From the NCBI GenBank assembly GCA_963754315.1, contig CAVWFS010000019.1, positions 320,001 to 384,000 of the forward strand: a DNA stretch of 64,000 nt, in the 5' to 3' direction. The notes under the pieces were generated by a model. It saw nothing but the letters and a program-made list of their open reading frames with translations, did no database searches and had not been told where the DNA came from. The first letter of the stretch is position 1. Each line of letters starts with the position of its first letter. Shown piece after piece: positions 28,899 to 38,896 of the stretch. Source of the DNA: an uncultured Candidatus Rokubacteria bacterium (GTDB taxonomy: Bacteria; Methylomirabilota; Methylomirabilia; Rokubacteriales; CSP1-6). Position numbers and translations under genes: made by a program.

Positions 28899-29405
28899 AT
28901 GCCACAGATCACTGGGTTGGGCCACGTCGGCCTCTTTTGCAACGACCTCGGGACGATGCGCGACTTCTATACACGCGTGCTCGGCCTCACCATCAGCGAC
29001 GAGAACCTTGAGCGAGGCATCTGCTTCCTGAGTGCCGCCCCGGAAGCCGAGCACCACGAGCTGGCTCTCGTGCGAGCCAAGGAGCCGGGGCAGAAGACGC
29101 ACAACGTGCAGCAGGTCTCTTTCAAGGTGAAGAGCCTCGCCGACGTGCGCGCCTTTTACCATCGCCTCCTGGACGCCGGAATCAAGATCGACCGCACGGT
29201 CACGCACGGGATCGCCTGCAGCGTGTACTTCTACGATCCCGAGGACAATCGCATCGAGCTCTACTACACGACCCCGTACCAGGTCCGCCAGCCGCTCGGC
29301 GAGCCGATCGACCTCGACCGGCCCGACGACGAGCTGCTGGCGTTCGCCAAGTCCTTCGAGGAGAGCAAGGGGCCGCCGCGTGGCCCCCAGTCGCCCATGG
29401 AATAG
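28899..29405 (+). CDS. VOC/glyoxalase family protein
   Basis: LGHVGL..FYTRVLGL, EHHELAL, SVYFYDPEDNRIELY. Confidence 0.9.
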   Translation: MPQITGLGHVGLFCNDLGTMRDFYTRVLGLTISDENLERGICFLSAAPEAEHHELALVRAKEPGQKTHNVQQVSFKVKSLADVRAFYHRLLDAGIKIDRTVTHGIACSVYFYDPEDNRIELYYTTPYQVRQPLGEPIDLDRPDDELLAFAKSFEESKGPPRGPQSPME

Positions 29406-29415
29406 GCGTGCCGCA

Positions 29416-30591
29416 GTGACCGTGACATCGGACGAGTACCTCGAGCGCGTGCGCAGCCTGCTCCCTGCCCTGCGGGCGCGCGCCGTCGAGGCCGAGCAGC
29501 TCCGGCGGCTGCCCGAGGAAACCTTCAAGGACTTCCAGAGCCTGGGCTTGTTTCGCTGTCTGCAGCCCAAGCGCTACGAGGGCTACGAGCTCGATCCGGG
29601 CACCTTCTACCAGGCCATCATGGAGGTCGGTACCGTCTGCGGCTCGAGCGCCTGGGTTCTCGGCGTGGTCGGCATCCACAACTGGCACCTGGCCCTCTTC
29701 CCACCCCAGGCCCAGGACGATGTCTGGGGCGAGGACACCAGCGTGCTGCTTTCCACGTCGCTGGCGCCGACGGGCGTGGTGGAACGCGTCGCCGGCGGTT
29801 TTCGCCTGCGCGGCCGCTGGTCGTTCTCCAGCATGTGTGATTACTGCCAGTGGGCGGTATTGGGGGGTGTGCTGCCGCCGCTCCGCGAGGGCGACCCGCC
29901 CGACGCGCGGACCTTCTTGCTCCCGCGCCGAGACTACGCTATCGAGGACAACTGGTTCGTCATGGGGCTCGCCGGCTCGGGCAGCAAGGATCTGGTGGTC
30001 GCCGATGCGTTCGTGCCCGAGTATCGGAGCCATTCGTACCAGGAGGCGTTCGTGCTGAAGAATCCCGGCGCCGTCGTGAACGATGGTCCCCTGTACCGGC
30101 TGCCGTTCGGTACCGTCTTTCCCGCCTGCATCGCCGCGCCGGCGGTGGGGGTGGCCCTGGGCGCCGTCGACACCTTCCGGGAACAGTCCAGAACACGCCT
30201 CGCCTCCCGCGATCGAGCGCGCGTGGCCGAGGACCCGTTCATCCAGTTCCACCTGGCGGAGGCGGCCGCGGAGGTCGACGCCGCCCGCGGGCGCTTGCTG
30301 GGCAACTTCGCCGATATGATGCGCATGGTCTCAGCCGGCCAGGAGATCCCGCTGACCAGCCGGGCCCGCTATCGGTGGGACTCGGCCAAGGCCGTGCAAT
30401 GGAGTGTGCGCGCGGTTGATCGGCTGTTCGAGGCGAGCGGGGGTGGCGGCGTCTACTTGAGCAACCCGATCCAGCGCGCGTGGCGCGACGTGCACGCCAT
30501 GCGGGCCCACGCGGCGAACAATCCGGAGAAAGCGGCGGCCGTGTTCGGGCGCTCCGAGTTCGGCCTGCCGCCCGTGGATTTTAGGTTTTAG
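29416..30591 (+). CDS. Flavin-dependent monooxygenase, oxygenase component (HsaA-like, acyl-CoA dehydrogenase fold)
   Basis: LQPKRYEG, CGSSAWV, GRWSFSS, WFVMGLAGSGSKD, IQRAWRDVHA. Confidence 0.88.
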   Translation: MTVTSDEYLERVRSLLPALRARAVEAEQLRRLPEETFKDFQSLGLFRCLQPKRYEGYELDPGTFYQAIMEVGTVCGSSAWVLGVVGIHNWHLALFPPQAQDDVWGEDTSVLLSTSLAPTGVVERVAGGFRLRGRWSFSSMCDYCQWAVLGGVLPPLREGDPPDARTFLLPRRDYAIEDNWFVMGLAGSGSKDLVVADAFVPEYRSHSYQEAFVLKNPGAVVNDGPLYRLPFGTVFPACIAAPAVGVALGAVDTFREQSRTRLASRDRARVAEDPFIQFHLAEAAAEVDAARGRLLGNFADMMRMVSAGQEIPLTSRARYRWDSAKAVQWSVRAVDRLFEASGGGGVYLSNPIQRAWRDVHAMRAHAANNPEKAAAVFGRSEFGLPPVDFRF

Positions 30592-30597
30592 AGCGAT

Positions 30598-31695
30598 TCA
30601 CCGCTGCTTCGAGTGCGCTTCCCCCTCCGGTGGGGGCGGCGGGGCTTGCAGCACCCACGCCTTGAGCAAGGTAAAGCCGACAGCGAGAACGACCGGTCCC
30701 ACAAAGATCCCGACAAGGCCGAAGGCGATCAGACCGCCAATCACCCCCGCGAATATCAAGGTCAGCGGCAGGTCCACCCCTTTCCGGATCAAGATCGGAC
30801 GCAGGAAGTTGTCCAGCGGCGTGATGAGGACAGTCCACACGAGCAGGACGGTGCCCCACCCCGAACTACCGCGCCAGTACAGCCAGACAATCGCTGGTAG
30901 CAGCACCGCCAGTGGTCCCAACTGCGCGATGGAGAGCAAGAACATGATCCCGGTGAGGATCACGACGAACGGGACTCCCGCCACCGCGAGGCCGATGCCG
31001 CCGAGGACGGCCTGAACCAGCGCCGTCAGGACAACGCCGAGGGCTACGCTGCGGATGGCTTGCCCGGCCAGAGCCACCGCTTGCTCACCGCGGTCTCCGG
31101 CCAGCCGTTGAGCGAAGCGCACGACGCCGCTCGCTACGGTCTCGCCCTTCGCGTACATCATCGCGGCGATGATCGTGGTAAGCAGAAACTCGAGGCTGAC
31201 CACCCCAAAGCTCCCGAGCCGGGCCACGAACCACAGCGCGATCGCACGCGCGTGCGGTTCTAGGCTTGCCACGATCTCGTCCACGCTCGCGGCCGCTGCC
31301 CGCTCCCAGGCGGCGGCAATCCTTGCCCCGACGAACGGGATTCTGTGGACTGCTTCTGGTGGGCGAGGAAGCTGTACGGTGGCCAGGGTGTCCGCCCAGC
31401 CGGCGATGCGGTCGGCCTGGTCCAGCACCGTGCCCACGGCGAGCATGAACGGGACGACGTACACGAGGAGGAGCACGGCCGTCATCACTGAAACCGCCAG
31501 CGCGCGCCGGTTCCCGAGCCACCTCTGCACGCGCAGCATCAAGGGCCACGTCGCGACCACGATCATGGTGGCCCACACCGACGCGGCGAGAAACGGACGC
31601 AGAATCCAGAAGGACGCCCCGATGAGGGCCGTGATGAAGAGCACGGCCAAAGTGGTTCGCGTGAGGTCGCGCGCGGGACCGGGAGCGTTGTTCAT
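30598..31695 (-). CDS. ydiK: AI-2E family transporter, YdiK-like
   Basis: WILRPF..WATMIVVATWP, DNFLRPILIRKGVDLP..GVIGGLIAFG. Confidence 0.85.
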   Translation of the reverse strand: MNNAPGPARDLTRTTLAVLFITALIGASFWILRPFLAASVWATMIVVATWPLMLRVQRWLGNRRALAVSVMTAVLLLVYVVPFMLAVGTVLDQADRIAGWADTLATVQLPRPPEAVHRIPFVGARIAAAWERAAAASVDEIVASLEPHARAIALWFVARLGSFGVVSLEFLLTTIIAAMMYAKGETVASGVVRFAQRLAGDRGEQAVALAGQAIRSVALGVVLTALVQAVLGGIGLAVAGVPFVVILTGIMFLLSIAQLGPLAVLLPAIVWLYWRGSSGWGTVLLVWTVLITPLDNFLRPILIRKGVDLPLTLIFAGVIGGLIAFGLVGIFVGPVVLAVGFTLLKAWVLQAPPPPPEGEAHSKQR

Positions 31696-32531
31696 TCGTC
31701 GGTCGATGAAGGTTTCCCCTTGAGCGCCGCGCCCATTCCCCAGGCGATGCCATTGCGCAGCAATGTGATGAAGGCGTCGGTTTCCCACGAGCCACGAAAG
31801 GTGAGGGGCATGGTATCCGTGGGATCGATCGCGCGACCGGCGCGGATCGATGGGTTGTGGCAGTGGCCGAGGGCAATGTAGGTGACGGCCCCGTCGCCGA
31901 CCTGGCGAGTGTAGCCGAGCACGCGGCTCCGGCCGTCGGCCTGTGGCGACGTGTCCGAGCCGTAGAGGGTCTCGATGGTGGATGACAGGGCGTGGGGGCC
32001 GTAGTCCGCGCTGAGCAGGATTCGCGTCGATGCTGGATCCTGGATCTCGATGAAGTACGGCTCGTCCTCGACGTCGAAGGCCGGGCCGAGCCCTCGGGTC
32101 AAGCGGTCATCGCCCCTCACCTCGACCCGAATCTTGCAGATTGGGGGATGGATCAAGAAATAGCTGCCCAGGATGGCGTGGTGCCGGGTCTTGACGGTGC
32201 GGCGTTGTCGCACACCGTCCACTCGCTCCGCGCGGCCCCCACTCGTCCCGTGCAGGCCGAGCCAGCGGCCGCCGGCTTGCAGCCAGCGCTCGATGGCGTC
32301 GCACTGGGTCGGGTCGGGGTACGGGCCAGCCACGTATGTGATCAGCAACCGGCTGACGGGCAGCCACCTCTCGACGTCCGCGAAGTCGTTGGCGACCGAG
32401 GCAGGGACGTCTTGCTCTGCCAGGAGCTCCAGGAGCCGCAGGCGGGCATAGTCATGGTCGTGCCCGGCAGGAGCGCCGGGTGGGAACCCGCCAGCGATGA
32501 GATGCGCGCGACCAGACGTTCGCTCTGTCAT
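31692..32531 (-). CDS. ThuA-like domain protein
   Basis: GGRWLGLHGT, FLIHPP, EDEPY, YIALGH, LRNGIAW. Confidence 0.8.
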   Translation of the reverse strand: MTERTSGRAHLIAGGFPPGAPAGHDHDYARLRLLELLAEQDVPASVANDFADVERWLPVSRLLITYVAGPYPDPTQCDAIERWLQAGGRWLGLHGTSGGRAERVDGVRQRRTVKTRHHAILGSYFLIHPPICKIRVEVRGDDRLTRGLGPAFDVEDEPYFIEIQDPASTRILLSADYGPHALSSTIETLYGSDTSPQADGRSRVLGYTRQVGDGAVTYIALGHCHNPSIRAGRAIDPTDTMPLTFRGSWETDAFITLLRNGIAWGMGAALKGKPSSTDE

Positions 32532-32535
32532 GAGA

Positions 32536-33873
32536 TCACCTCACGTGGCTCGCCCTCGGCATCGAGCTCAGCCCTGAGTCACTAGGTTCGCAGCTCAGAC
32601 CCTCGGCGCGAAGGCTGCACTTCAGGATGGGCTCCCCTTCGACGTCGCGCAAGGTTGCCGTCCAACGTCGTCGACCCTGCCGTTGCATGGTCACGAAGCC
32701 GAACTCGGCCAGGTTCACGCCGCTCGTGACCTCGAGGCCGGCCATCTCGAGTCCCGGCAACGAGGTCGTGACGGGCGGGTCCAGCTCGGTACCACTGTTG
32801 CCGACGACGAGCTGCGGAGGCCGTCCTCGGCCAAAGCTCAAGGTCTCGAAGAGGTGGATATGTCCACCGATGAATAACCGAATGCCCGCCGGGAAATCGT
32901 TGGCGGACGCCTCTTGCAAGACCTGTTGATCGATGAAGAGCTGCTCGACTCCGTTCTGCTCGCCCGCGTGCCCGAAGGCATACATTGGCTTGTGGGTAAT
33001 CAGCCAGCTGTCTCCGGTCGCCAGCTGACGCACGGCCTCGAACTGGGCTCGAAAGGCCGCCACCTGCTCCGGCGGCTCCTCGAAGTCGTTGGTGATCGCC
33101 GAGTCGAGGATGAGCAAATCCACGTCGCCGAGCGGAATCTTGTAGGGCGCCGTGTAGTCCTCGCACGTTGCAGGCATGGAAAGCGGATAGAGGAAGCGGA
33201 ACCAGGCCTCGCCCCCTCGCGCGCACGTTTCATGGTTGCCACGCACGAAGACCCACGGCGCGGCCTGCAACAGGGCCCGGGCCGGCGTGAAGAGGTCGGC
33301 CTGGAGCGCCGCCCAGTTGTGACCATGGGGGCTCCCGGCGCATCCATCGTTGCCAGGGGGACACGGATCCTCGCGATAGATGTAGTCGCCAACATGGATG
33401 ACCAGATCGGGGTGCCAGCGCGCCGCTCGCTCGGCGATCTCGGCAAAGGGCCACTGCGTCGGGTCGTTGCACGCCTGGGCCTCGGTTCCTTCAATCCGGC
33501 AGCCAGCATCGCCGATGATGACAATGCGCGTGGGACGCTGTTTGAACAAAGGCAGCCGTTGCCTTCCAATGGACGCATGGTGCGTCCAAGCAGGCACCTC
33601 CGCCTCGCACACGAGGACAGGGAAGTCGGGCGGCGACGGTTGCGCACGCTCCCGCATTGGCTGGGTATGGCCGTCCAGCCGTACCGCGGGGCAGGTCGCC
33701 TCGTTCGTGACCGCGCGCGCGAGCAAGCCCGATGGCCCCAGCTCGGTCCAGACGATCGGTGCCGAGGCGCCGATGGGCGAGTCGGAGGCGTAGGCCAGAC
33801 CAAGCAGCCAAGCTAGGACGAGCAGGCTGACCAGAGCTCCCCGCGCGCGGCAACCGGCTCTTTTGCTTTCCAT
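32536..33873 (-). CDS. Secreted calcineurin-like metallophosphoesterase
   Basis: Signal peptide; GDAG, HVGDY, RGNHE, THKP, GGHIH motifs. Confidence 0.9.
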   Translation of the reverse strand: MESKRAGCRARGALVSLLVLAWLLGLAYASDSPIGASAPIVWTELGPSGLLARAVTNEATCPAVRLDGHTQPMRERAQPSPPDFPVLVCEAEVPAWTHHASIGRQRLPLFKQRPTRIVIIGDAGCRIEGTEAQACNDPTQWPFAEIAERAARWHPDLVIHVGDYIYREDPCPPGNDGCAGSPHGHNWAALQADLFTPARALLQAAPWVFVRGNHETCARGGEAWFRFLYPLSMPATCEDYTAPYKIPLGDVDLLILDSAITNDFEEPPEQVAAFRAQFEAVRQLATGDSWLITHKPMYAFGHAGEQNGVEQLFIDQQVLQEASANDFPAGIRLFIGGHIHLFETLSFGRGRPPQLVVGNSGTELDPPVTTSLPGLEMAGLEVTSGVNLAEFGFVTMQRQGRRRWTATLRDVEGEPILKCSLRAEGLSCEPSDSGLSSMPRASHVR

Positions 33874-33982
33874 GCTCACACCTCGCGTGCACCATTCTCG
33901 TCGAGAGCAGGCACAAGGTCGAGAGTCGTGGACGCGTCTGCCCTGTGGATGAAAATAGTCCTCTTAGCGGACAAATAGATCC

Positions 33983-34150
33983 ATGCTTCGACATCACCTC
34001 ACCGAGGTACTAGACGCCGTTCTCCGGGACACACGGTCGTGCTCCCGGCGGGAAAGCCGCCCAGCGGATCGGATGGGGTTCATGGCGCCGTTCAACGACC
34101 GGGACGGTCATCGATGAGGTTCAGCGGGTGCCGGAGCTGTTGCGTCCCCC
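33983..34150 (+). pseudogene. Relic of an AAA_14/DUF4143 ATPase gene
   Basis: Fragments across frames: MLRHHLTEVLDAVLRDT, VVL, ADRMGFMA, VIDEVQRVPELL; Walker A deleted. Confidence 0.6.
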
Positions 34151-34249
34151 GGCGGTGACGCCCGGGACCAGCCCTACTCGCCCTCGCCTCCGTCGGCGGT
34201 CGGCTTCAGCCATCGTATCCCCGTCTTCCACGGCGAGAAGGAGCAGCGT

Positions 34250-35347
34250 TCAAGGTACGACGGCGAGGAACAAAAACGCGAAGAAGAGGAGGAGCTGTAC
34301 GGCCCCCTGCATTAAGTTGGTCCGGCCCGAGCCGACACCGATCGTGCAGACCAGAAGGGTCACCGCGAGCAGCGCGATGTCTTTCATGTCCAGACCGAGC
34401 ACCAGCGGCAGGTCGAAGGTCAAGCACACCAACACCACGACCGGGATCGTGAGCCCGATACTCGCGAGGGCGGAGCCGAGGGCCAGGTTGACGCTCGTCT
34501 GCAGTCGATCGGCGACGGCAGCCCGGATGGCCGCCAGCGACTCCGGCAGGAGCACGAGCAGGGCGATCGCGATGCCGACCACGGCCACCGGAACACCGGT
34601 GGTCCGAACGGCGTACTCGATCACCGGTGACAGGATTTTTGCGAGGCCGACCACACCGACCAGTGAGATCAGCAGCAGCGCGAAGCTCGCGCCCGCGCGT
34701 GCGTTGGTCGGCGGCGGCGCGTGGGCCGTCTCATCGGCGGCGTCCACGACTGGGAGAAAGTAATCGCGGTGACGAACCGCCTGGAAGAACACGAACACGC
34801 ACCATAGGGCCGCCGACCCGGCCGCCACGAAGACGAGTTGTGAGGACGAATAGCGCGGGCCCGGCACGCTGACCGTGAACGCCGGCATGACCAGCACGAG
34901 CGTCGCGAGAGTGGCAAGCGCCGCCAACCCCGGACCGGCGCCTTCGACCCGGAACGATTGCTCACGATGGTGAAGCGCTCCGACCAGCACACTGATTCCG
35001 AGGATTCCGTTGGCGACGATCATGATCGTCGCGTACATCGTGTCACGCGGGAGCACCGCCTTCTCGTGGCCGCCGGCCAACATCAACGCGACGATGAGCG
35101 CCGTTTCGATCGCCGTCACGGCCAGCGCGAGAACGAGCGTCCCGAACGGCTCGCCCACCCGGTGCGCCACCACCTCGGCGTGATGCACGGCGGCGAGCAC
35201 CACGCCGATCAGGGCGGCTGCGCAGACGGTACCGATCGGGGTCCTCAGCGGTAACAGCAGGGCCACTAGCAATATGGCCGCGCCGGCCAGCGGAACGATG
35301 AGGGGCCACCGGGAAGTGAAGGACTTCGTCCCGGAGGACACTTTCAC
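34250..35347 (-). CDS. chaA: Ca2+/H+ antiporter, ChaA family (read in frame with ppk2 as given)
   Basis: AVHHAEVVAHRVGEPFGTLVLALAVT, LLPE, NLALGSALASIGLTIP; GTG 35347 preceded by GGAGGA. Confidence 0.9.
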   Translation of the reverse strand: MKVSSGTKSFTSRWPLIVPLAGAAILLVALLLPLRTPIGTVCAAALIGVVLAAVHHAEVVAHRVGEPFGTLVLALAVTAIETALIVALMLAGGHEKAVLPRDTMYATIMIVANGILGISVLVGALHHREQSFRVEGAGPGLAALATLATLVLVMPAFTVSVPGPRYSSSQLVFVAAGSAALWCVFVFFQAVRHRDYFLPVVDAADETAHAPPPTNARAGASFALLLISLVGVVGLAKILSPVIEYAVRTTGVPVAVVGIAIALLVLLPESLAAIRAAVADRLQTSVNLALGSALASIGLTIPVVVLVCLTFDLPLVLGLDMKDIALLAVTLLVCTIGVGSGRTNLMQGAVQLLLFFAFLFLAVVP

Positions 35348-36286
35348 TCCTCCGCGTCGCGCTCCTCGTCCGCCGTCTCCTCCCCCTCGTCGGCGGCAGC
35401 GTCGAGGTTCTTCGGCCTCGAGGATGGCGCGGGCGGCGCCAAGCTGCTTGCGCTGCTCGGCGTCGATACGGGGAAAGTGCAGATCCAAGGACTCGAGGGT
35501 GTCCACGATCGCGGCGCCGACGGCCAGCCGCGTGAACCACTTCTTGTTGGCGGGCAGCACGTACCACGGCGCGTGTGGGGTGGCCGTCTGCCGGATCATG
35601 TCCTCCAGGGCGGCGATGTACTCGTCCCAGTGCCCGCGCTCCTCGGCGTCGGAGGCGGAGAATTTCCAATTCCGATTGGGATCCGCGATGCGCCGGAGAA
35701 AGCGCCTCTTCTGCTCCTTCTTGGACACATGCAGGAAGAACTTCCGGATCACCACCCCGTTCCGCGTGAGATAGCGCTCGACGGCATTAATGTCCTCGAA
35801 GCGCTCCGTCCAGATGTCCTTGGTGATGAGCGCGGGCGGCAGGTGCTGGCGAGTGAGGAGCTCGGGATGAACCCGCACCACGAGCACTTCTTCGTAGTAC
35901 GAGCGGTTGAAGATGCCGATGCGGCCGCGCTCCGGCAGGCAGCGCATCGTGCGCCAGAGGAAGTCGTGGTCGAGCTCCTCCGGCGAGGGCTTCTTGAAGC
36001 TGTAGACTTGGCAGCCCTGGGGATTCACGCCGGACATCACGTGCTTGATGGCGCCGTCCTTGCCGGCGGCGTCCATGGCCTGGAAGATCAGGAGAAGCGC
36101 CCACTGATTCTGCGCATAGAGCTTCTCCTGGAGGCCTGCGAGGTGCTCGATGCCGCTCGCGAGCAGGTCCTCGGCCCGCTTCTTGGACTTGATGTTCCCA
36201 GTGTCCTTGGGGTCGATGTCAGCCAGGTGGAAGCTCTCGCCGCTGTCCACCCGGTACGGCGCCACAAAGTCGCCGGCTTTCCCCAT
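35344..36286 (-). CDS. ppk2: Polyphosphate kinase 2 (class III-like); its own stop is out of frame by +1
   Basis: QAMDAAGKDG, HDFLWR, FNRSYYEEVLVVRVH, WKFS, APWY..KKWF. Confidence 0.9.
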
Positions 36287-36354
36287 ATGTCCTCCGAGTC
36301 GGTGGCCTGGGGTGACTCAGGCTGAAGGACTTCCAGACACTGCCCGCGACAACG

Positions 36355-36957
36355 TTAGGCGCCTATCTTTCTGCCCAGATCTGCGATGCCCTCGCCCAGA
36401 CCGCGGAAGGCGTTGCCAACGCTTTCTGCGCCCAGCTTCACGCCCCCACCGGCTTTGCTGAGGGTGTCCACCGCGGCCTGCGCGCCTTCGTTCAGCTTGG
36501 TGCCAGTCCAGGTCGCTGCACCTTGCAGCCCAGCCCCGGCACTCTTCAGGGCACCGGTGGCATCCTTGCCCGCCTTCTGCTGCTGCGCCGCGGTCGCGTG
36601 CCAGGCGGTGGCCAGCGCATGGTCGACCTGAGCGAAGGTCTTCTTCAGCTGATCAGGTGACTTCACCACACCCTTCTTGACGTCTGCGCCCAGTTTCTCC
36701 AGATCGTCCCCGGCCTTCTTCACACCCTTCGACGCGTCCTTGGCGACCTTCTTCTCTTGCGTGCGCACATAGGCGGTCGCCTTCTTGATGTGGTCCGCAG
36801 CCTTGTTCATGTCTCCCTTGAGAAACGACTCGTGGGCACTTGCCATGCTCTTGTCGGGCTCGCCGGCGAAATCGCTGGGGGCTTGCGCATACACCCTGCC
36901 GGCCATCAGTACCGTGACGATACATACGAACCAGATCGACGCGACTCTGCTGATCAT
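36355..36957 (-). CDS. Hypothetical secreted Lys/Ala-rich helical protein
   Basis: Sec signal ending VYA|Q, GGAGGAAGG RBS, coding-like codon bias. Confidence 0.75.
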   Translation of the reverse strand: MISRVASIWFVCIVTVLMAGRVYAQAPSDFAGEPDKSMASAHESFLKGDMNKAADHIKKATAYVRTQEKKVAKDASKGVKKAGDDLEKLGADVKKGVVKSPDQLKKTFAQVDHALATAWHATAAQQQKAGKDATGALKSAGAGLQGAATWTGTKLNEGAQAAVDTLSKAGGGVKLGAESVGNAFRGLGEGIADLGRKIGA

Positions 36958-37102
36958 GTACCTTCCTCCGGGATAGTAGTTGCTAACCGCGTCTTTGTAT
37001 CATAAGGCATCTGAAGGATCAGATCTCCTGCCATGGGTGTAAGTTGAGCAATGGTAAGCACACTTCCCGCTGCGGGCGAGCACCTGAACATCCGGCGGCC
37101 CC

Positions 37103-37918
37103 TCAGGGACGCAGGCCGTAGGCGACGAAGACCGAACAGCGCTTGATTCGCTCGAAGAGCCAATCGAGCGGCGGCGGCTGGACGTAGTACGTGAGCATGA
37201 TGGAATTACGCTCGCCGTCCGCAGGCCCCGTCTGGACGACGCTGTGCCAGCTCTCGTGGTAGACGACTGGAAACGCATAGCCGGTGGCCGGACGGAACGG
37301 GAGCCTCCGCGTGCGCAGGGCCCCCGGACCGCTGCGGTCCTCGTGGAGCACGGTCCCGAGATGGGCCTGCGACTCGTCCCGCGGCAGGTAGAACTGTACC
37401 GTGATCGCCTTGCTCAGCGAATCCCCATGGACGCCGATCCGATAGCCCGGGAAATCGCGCAGCAGAATGGGGACGGGATAGAACGAGAGTCGATCGATGC
37501 TCCGGCCGAACCGGCGTTCGAGCGCGGTACGAAACTGACGCTTGAAGGCGTCCTGGAGGGCCCGCGAGCGCAACGTCCGCGAGAGGTCCAGCCATAAGGA
37601 GCGCTGCTCCGTGGGCAGCCGCCTGATGTGCTCGGGAAAGAGATAGAACTTGCGGCGCGCGCTGTGCCCGTCCGGCTGCATGGCGTCGCGATGCCGGAGC
37701 TCATGATAGCGATGGGTGGCGGGCAACAGGTCGAGCAACCGCTGGTAATACTCCGCGGGGAATACGTGCTCGATGTAGCTGTGGGTGAACGGAGCTGTCT
37801 CGAGCGTGCTGCTCTCGACACCGCCGACCAGATCGAGCGTGAGCGGCGCGCTCGATCGGGCTGACTGATCTTGGGCTCGACGCACGAGCATGGGAGCCTC
37901 CTCGCTCGATTGGGTCAC
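37103..37918 (-). CDS. 2OG-Fe(II) oxygenase-like protein
   Basis: PFTH start motif, HGD (HxD), SWHSV, ERNS arginine motif. Confidence 0.7.
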   Translation of the reverse strand: MTQSSEEAPMLVRRAQDQSARSSAPLTLDLVGGVESSTLETAPFTHSYIEHVFPAEYYQRLLDLLPATHRYHELRHRDAMQPDGHSARRKFYLFPEHIRRLPTEQRSLWLDLSRTLRSRALQDAFKRQFRTALERRFGRSIDRLSFYPVPILLRDFPGYRIGVHGDSLSKAITVQFYLPRDESQAHLGTVLHEDRSGPGALRTRRLPFRPATGYAFPVVYHESWHSVVQTGPADGERNSIMLTYYVQPPPLDWLFERIKRCSVFVAYGLRP

Positions 37919-38017
37919 TGGGTCTGTTGTTTCCGTGCACGTTCGAGCGGATCGACGAAGGCGTGGGCGACGGGCACCGCCGCTAGCCGGAGACAGCGCC
38001 CGCTGCCTGACGGGAGG

Positions 38018-38425
38018 CTACGGGATGGTGCAGTCGCCGAACATCGAGAAGATATGGTCGTTGTCCACGATGGCGGCGGCCATCCGCCCGGTCTCTTCGT
38101 CGATCGTCGCACTCCATCCCCGCCCGTTCTCGCTTCCCTGGAGGATCAACTCACCGTCCACCCGAGCCACGTTCTTGAGTTGACTCTTCCGTTCGCCCGC
38201 CGATACCGTCCGGGCGGCCACGTCGAAGCGGACGAATTTGGGCGAATTGACGTCAGGAATCTGACGCTCGCAGCCCCCTGAGTTGTCGCACTCCATGATG
38301 GTCGTCACAGCGCACAGGAAGGGGCGCGCGCCGTCATAGGGTCCAGCGGCGGCGGCGACGCCACCTGTCACCGCCAACGCGGTGGAGAGACTCGAAACGA
38401 GCACGGTCTTCCTCCAAGCTCTCAT
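38018..38425 (-). CDS. Hypothetical secreted Cys-containing protein
   Basis: Signal peptide, four Cys, LILQGSENGRGWS, FGDC. Confidence 0.7.
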   Translation of the reverse strand: MRAWRKTVLVSSLSTALAVTGGVAAAAGPYDGARPFLCAVTTIMECDNSGGCERQIPDVNSPKFVRFDVAARTVSAGERKSQLKNVARVDGELILQGSENGRGWSATIDEETGRMAAAIVDNDHIFSMFGDCTIP

Positions 38426-38449
38426 GGTGTTTCGCTCCGTCGATATGAC

Positions 38450-38896
38450 CTACATGACCGAGTAGCCGCGCCCTGACAGGCACGTTCTGACCGCCCGATT
38501 GAAGTTGTCCATCTGCGCACCCGCCACTTGCTGCGTCTCCCGGACCTGGCTGTTACGCCGCATCGTCCCGAATAGAGCCCCGGCCCCGGCGCCGATCGCC
38601 GCACCCCTGCCCGCATTCCCTCCGATGGCGCCTCCGACGGCCCCGACGGCGGCTCCCCTGGCCGCCCCCGGGAGTGCACCCCCTGACGGCGGCGGCGCCG
38701 CGGGCGCCCCCATCATGGGATCGAAGCCCGTCTGCTGCACGGCCCACTGGTGACACTCGAAACGATCCTGCTGTTGCTGCTGCGCGCTCTGTCCCCGCTG
38801 CGGATAGATATGAATCTGCTGCGCCCAGGCGGAAACGGCGCTGAGAGTGCCCAACAAGGTTGCCGCCACGACGATGGATCTTCGCGGAGCAGGCAT
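38450..38896 (-). CDS. Glycine-zipper (YMGG-like) secreted protein
   Basis: YPQRGQSAQQQQQDRFECHQWA, GAAVGAVGGAIGG, CLSGRGYSV; GAGGAGG RBS. Confidence 0.85.
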   Translation of the reverse strand: MPAPRRSIVVAATLLGTLSAVSAWAQQIHIYPQRGQSAQQQQQDRFECHQWAVQQTGFDPMMGAPAAPPPSGGALPGAARGAAVGAVGGAIGGNAGRGAAIGAGAGALFGTMRRNSQVRETQQVAGAQMDNFNRAVRTCLSGRGYSVM

